Assembly: GCA_965219575.1 (NCBI GenBank)
Contig: OZ244779.1
Span: 2,124,769 to 2,188,768 of the forward strand
Source of the DNA: Candidatus Oxydemutatoraceae bacterium
GTDB lineage: Bacteria; Pseudomonadota; Gammaproteobacteria; Poriferisulfidales; Oxydemutatoraceae
Length of the DNA: 64,000 nt
Direction of reading: 5' to 3'
This document shows, one piece after another, positions 63,755 to 64,000 of the stretch. The notes below the pieces were generated by a model. The model was not told the origin of the DNA, did no database searches, and saw nothing but the letters and a program-made list of their open reading frames with translations. Both the position numbers and the translations under genes were made by a program. The stretch's first letter is position 1. Every line of letters begins with the position of its first letter.

Positions 63755-63960
63755 GGCTGTTGGAAAAATACTGTTCTGCAAAACTGTAACCGCTTGCACC
63801 ATTTGGTTTTGGTTTCCATAAATTGAATAAATAAATGTATAAATCATGCAGGCATAACGCGTTACGGGCGGACATGCAAGTCCGCCCCTACAGGTGGTTT
63901 GCAAATATTCACGGCACACAGCGGTTGGGTTTGAGCGATGTCCGCACTTATTCAACAGCC
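63755..63960 (-). mobile_element. 206-bp MITE-like element, copy 3 (diverged)
   Basis: GGCTGTTGGAAAA...TTATTCAACAGCC ends; internal sequence colinear with 4763-4967; GTAG-hairpin at 63866-63891. Confidence 0.8.
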
Positions 63961-64000
63961 CTGCATTTAGGATATCGGCTGGGGTTCACGCGGCCAGGCT

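Overview
A 64-kb, roughly 48% GC chromosomal segment of a Gammaproteobacterium (taxon inferred from protein sequences). Every host gene I can identify is on the minus strand. It contains a partial TraB-family gene, moeB, a DUF1244 gene, metY, carAB, the contiguous str-S10-spc-alpha ribosomal protein cluster (rpsL to rplQ), a SCO + MauG-like di-heme pair, pntAB, an AlgZ/AlgR-like two-component pair, pal, the complete dcw cluster (mraZ to ftsZ), leuCD, a DUF2335 pseudogene module, two small hypotheticals, bamC-dapA and a DPPY-type adenine methyltransferase. The unusual material is intergenic. (1) Two near-identical IS3-family (IS407-like) copies have interrupted and truncated an AT-rich subtilase-like gene, and a solo IS3 left end lies upstream of carA. 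(2) An IS1202-family (ISNCY-type) element with a 17-bp target duplication is inserted at the MraZ operator and carries two tandem 135-bp hairpin-rich units in its 3' region; vestigial ends of the same family lie at this site and beside the rpsL promoter. (3) A family of mosaic repeat clusters (covarying hairpins, GTAG-REP motifs and a 205-bp MITE) occurs at seven intergenic sites, and one MITE reading frame is fused in frame to the methyltransferase. I found no rRNA, tRNA or CRISPR array. Family assignments come from motif recognition only; no searches were run.
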